Virus record (IMG/VR): IMGVR_UViG_3300049988_000286
Location: 384,001 to 448,000 of that record
Source of the DNA: a virus
Taxonomy: Duplodnaviria > Caudoviricetes
DNA length: 64,000 nt
Direction: 5' to 3' (one strand)
Each line of letters starts with the position of its first letter. Within the stretch, counting starts at the first letter, position 1. Positions 61,166 through 64,000 of this stretch are shown here, one piece after another. The notes under the pieces were generated by a model, which saw only the letters and a program-made list of their open reading frames with translations, was not told the DNA's origin and searched no databases. The position numbers and the translations under genes were made by a program.

Positions 61166-61423
61166 ATGACCCGATATCAATTTGAATGCTCGATGCCCGA
61201 GTTGGCCGATGGTCGCGAGATCGACATCGAGGACGGCGGTCAGGCCGTGATCTTCCATCCCACGCCGGAATTCGAACAGGGCGGTGACGGCTTTTTCCAC
61301 GTCCGGCTACAGAGTTGGGAAGACGGAGCCGCGAAACGCGAGGAATCGTTTGCAAAGGCGCACTCCTTGATGCGCGAGTTTTCGGGTCGTCGTCTCCGGG
61401 TCACTGTTGAAACCATTGACTGA
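61166..61423 (+). CDS. hypothetical protein
   Basis: GAGGAG SD. Confidence 0.6.
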   Translation: MTRYQFECSMPELADGREIDIEDGGQAVIFHPTPEFEQGGDGFFHVRLQSWEDGAAKREESFAKAHSLMREFSGRRLRVTVETID

Positions 61424-61509
61424 TCATCATAAGAAAGAGGCTCGCTTCAACCTCGTCATCATGGTAGCGAGCTTGATCTTCTCTGCACTGGCGCTTGGAA
61501 TGTGGTTCT

Positions 61510-61794
61510 ATGATTGATGGCATCGTTATCGCCGACCGAGTTCTAGCCGGGTCGGTGAAGGTCTGGCTCGACGAGGAATGCCAGCGCTGCTACGAACACG
61601 TAGATTGCGATTACGATGATCTCGACAGGCTCATCTTGCGGCTCACCGATCAGCGGCTGGGTCACAATGTAGCGGTCGATGTCCTTGATCTCGATAACGA
61701 CGATCGAGGCGTTTACGGCATCGTTTTGATCGAGGCCGCGCCGATAATCATGAATGAAGTGCTGGGGAAGCTGAATGCAAACAATGAAGGTTGA
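61510..61794 (+). CDS. acidic hypothetical protein
   Basis: Operon context. Confidence 0.55.
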   Translation: MIDGIVIADRVLAGSVKVWLDEECQRCYEHVDCDYDDLDRLILRLTDQRLGHNVAVDVLDLDNDDRGVYGIVLIEAAPIIMNEVLGKLNANNEG

Positions 61795-62029
61795 GCGCCT
61801 CGGCGAGGTGCGAGTCACCGCGCGGAGAGGCGATGGAAGTGAGTTCAGCTTCATGACCGCGACGCCTGATCGCTACATGGCTCCGGAACCGTTTAATCGT
61901 CGAGCGTGGCTACTGGAGCGTGAACAGCGCTACCTTCGCCTCCTAGACAACGATCTTACGAACGGCGCTCGGGCGCGTCTGGTCGAGGCTCTCGAATGGA
62001 TCAGGAGTGAACTTGCTTCGCGCCATTGA
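61775..62029 (+). CDS. hypothetical protein
   Basis: Overlap-coupled. Confidence 0.5.
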   Translation: MQTMKVERLGEVRVTARRGDGSEFSFMTATPDRYMAPEPFNRRAWLLEREQRYLRLLDNDLTNGARARLVEALEWIRSELASRH

Positions 62030-62510
62030 GGCTATCCGGCTGGTGGGTTTCCGGCTCGGATTGTGGCGTGGTTTTCACGGACCCACGCTGCCGTGGAACC
62101 TACAAGAGCGCGTCTCTACCCTCTTCATCATCTGGCGCGATAGTCGGTTTGAGCGTCCCGTGCCCGCCGCTCGCGCCTTCTTCCTCCGCCATGGGATCGA
62201 GGTTCGTTTCAGTCATAAAGCGAAGGCGCGCCTTGCTCGCAAGCGCGATGTCACGGCCTACCAAGCCTTCGTCGATGCTGCCAAGAAAACCTTCCAGATC
62301 GACGATCATCTCCTCCCGATCTTCATCGATTGGTGCCGTGAGAATGAGTGTGAGATAGCTGTCCAGACGCCGGACCAGTATCACCCCCAGCATCGACCGT
62401 GGTCCAAAGTCACAGCGCTGGGTCAGGATAGTTTCACCCTGATCATGCTCGGTTGTGACATCTCGCCTAACCGATACACGGATGAAGCAACAATAAGGCG
62501 CGTCCACTAA
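62007..62510 (+). CDS. hypothetical protein
   Basis: AGGAG SD; IDWCREN motif. Confidence 0.55.
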   Translation: MNLLRAIEAIRLVGFRLGLWRGFHGPTLPWNLQERVSTLFIIWRDSRFERPVPAARAFFLRHGIEVRFSHKAKARLARKRDVTAYQAFVDAAKKTFQIDDHLLPIFIDWCRENECEIAVQTPDQYHPQHRPWSKVTALGQDSFTLIMLGCDISPNRYTDEATIRRVH

Positions 62511-62552
62511 ACCCGTGATAGGGTCATGTCTCCTCACTACTAGGAGATTATT

Positions 62553-62882
62553 ATGTCAATCGATCAAGATACACGCTTTTTCGCCGGAGCATCTTCACGC
62601 AGCTTTAGCGACGCTTCTGGTCCGAAGGCAAGCCGTGAGGACACCCCCGGCTTCGTCAACGCCTCGGATCACCAGTTCACCGACATTTCATCGGAGGCCG
62701 AACGTGTCTACAATTTCGGGCAGAAGGGTTTCGTCCGCATCAATCGTCCGCTGCAACTCGCGGTGAGCGACTCGGGTGGCCACCGTATTTTCTCCGCCGA
62801 TGGCCGCTCCCACTACATTCCCGCTGGCTGGATCGAGATCACATGGACGACGCGACCGGGTTCTCCGCACTTCGTTAAGTGA
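62553..62882 (+). CDS. conserved phage protein
   Basis: F.N.S...F.DISSE..R.Y.F...I..P..L.VS.SGGHR...G.SHYIP.GW pattern. Confidence 0.7.
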   Translation: MSIDQDTRFFAGASSRSFSDASGPKASREDTPGFVNASDHQFTDISSEAERVYNFGQKGFVRINRPLQLAVSDSGGHRIFSADGRSHYIPAGWIEITWTTRPGSPHFVK

Positions 62883-62940
62883 CGGGGTATTGACGGGGTG
62901 GTGGTGCGCGCCTATCTCGCCGCCTCCACCCTTTAAGGAG

Positions 62941-63342
62941 ATGGCTGCTATGCATCCTGTCGATGCCACAAGTCCGAAATGGCGGATCGCCAACAATTCG
63001 ATCCGCATCCTGTACACGCACCCAACGACCCATTGGTCCTTGGCCTCCATGACCTACGACGACATCCCGGATCGTATCGGGATACGTTGGAACGGCGATG
63101 TTACCGATCGTGGCGATCTCGGTTACCCGAGCGCTCGCGGCAATGGTGCGTGGTTCATCCTTCCCGATCCCCTTGACGGTCTCGTCCGCGCCATGATCCC
63201 GATCTGGAACGGCAACCATGGTGGGGTCGACGTTGCCCCACCCGCGTCGGCATTCGAGAAGATCATGGAAGGGATGCAGGACGCCATCGCACACGCGGGT
63301 GGTGATCACACCCGAGGCCGCATCGCCAATCAGAGCGCGTAA
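62941..63342 (+). CDS. hypothetical protein
   Basis: TTGACG-17-TATCTC promoter, AAGGAG SD; IGIRWNG...GYP..RGNGAWFILP. Confidence 0.65.
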   Translation: MAAMHPVDATSPKWRIANNSIRILYTHPTTHWSLASMTYDDIPDRIGIRWNGDVTDRGDLGYPSARGNGAWFILPDPLDGLVRAMIPIWNGNHGGVDVAPPASAFEKIMEGMQDAIAHAGGDHTRGRIANQSA

Positions 63343-64000
63343 ATCGAACCCTTCGCCGTGTTGATCAGCGTGGCGAAGATTTCGTTCAACTCCTGTTCGA
63401 ATTCTTCCACAATGCGGTGCTCGTCGATGTGGTTCAGTCGAACCGCTCCGCGAAGCATGTATTGAGCGAAGCATTCCGGCAGGAGTTCGAATTGCGAGTT
63501 GAGCGTGCCGTCTCGGCAAGACTTGGACGTGCCGATCATACACGCCAGCGATTTTGGATTCTCATCCCAGAACACACCACCGAGACGTGATAGCGTGCGC
63601 GCTAGAGCCGCGCTCGCTTCCCCGGACAACCTGTATGCCCCACTCGACACCGCGTTGTGGAACGGTCCTGAACGGCCATTCTGGAAGGCGTGATACATGC
63701 GGTGGGCGATGATCCAACCCGTGAGTGGTTTGCGGGCGCTGCCTTCGTTCTGGGTGAAGATCACGCCGATGTTTTGGGGCTTCGGCTCGATCATTCCTTC
63801 AAGGAACGACAGAGAGGCGAGGACACCCTGCCGACCGTCATAGTCGCCCCCAATCGCGATCGAGAGCGCCGACGTGGGATCGATCTTGAGATCGACGAGG
63901 TAGAGGTTGACATCGCAGACGCTGGACTGCCATAGCCGATGAATCTTCTCCAAGGCTTTTTTGTTCTGCACCAAGCGAACATCATCGGGACGAAACGACG
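63330..64000 (-). CDS. 5'-truncated protein with HRxxH zincin-like motif
   Basis: Frame open to the window edge; LTGWIIAHRMYHAF ... ELLPECFAQY. Confidence 0.6.
   Translation of the reverse strand, partial: SFRPDDVRLVQNKKALEKIHRLWQSSVCDVNLYLVDLKIDPTSALSIAIGGDYDGRQGVLASLSFLEGMIEPKPQNIGVIFTQNEGSARKPLTGWIIAHRMYHAFQNGRSGPFHNAVSSGAYRLSGEASAALARTLSRLGGVFWDENPKSLACMIGTSKSCRDGTLNSQFELLPECFAQYMLRGAVRLNHIDEHRIVEEFEQELNEIFATLINTAKGSIYAL

Noticed and set aside
1-64000. CRISPR array, integrase, IS elements or rRNA
   Set aside because: No regularly spaced repeats, recombinase or transposase motifs, or rRNA-like sequence seen.

Overview
64 kb of a large, GC-rich lytic myophage genome with T4-superfamily core genes. 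The gene order and families resemble RaK2/GAP32-like jumbo phages. The host is probably an alphaproteobacterium, possibly Sphingomonadales, judging by the alpha-type bS21, a glycine-zipper protein and a G-1:C73 tRNA-His. The window holds the replication/recombination core (gp41-like helicase, gp61-like primase, UvsW, UvsX, UvsY, gp32-like SSB, clamp-loader subunit, a mini DnaE-like protein), head/neck genes and a tail-fibre cassette. It also holds metabolic and translation genes (NadE-like, HAD + PRTase, AlkB, dCMP deaminase, Pth2, peptide deformylase, bS21), about 13 tRNA genes plus one tRNA-like RNA, and two expanded families of small paralogues. Main finding: each of the three tRNA transcription units starts with a tiny leaderless ORF whose codons match the tRNAs encoded downstream. 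MNTTTSSTTISWSITFG precedes Ile/Ile/Trp/Thr/Ser/Thr/Ser/Ser/Ser tRNAs, MNTQSHHTYYHYHA precedes Tyr/His/Tyr-like/His, and MHQLI (ending in ATA) precedes tRNA-Ile(UAU). The two longer leaders overlap mutually exclusive RNA hairpins. This suggests a codon-sensing attenuation system that switches on replacement tRNAs when the cognate host tRNAs are depleted. Other strong patterns: a CGAACT box inside about 12 sigma70-type promoters, TAAATA late promoters yielding leaderless mRNAs, a set of probable capsid-targeted enzyme cargoes, and non-canonical tRNAs. All calls are by eye from sequence motifs; no database searches were run.
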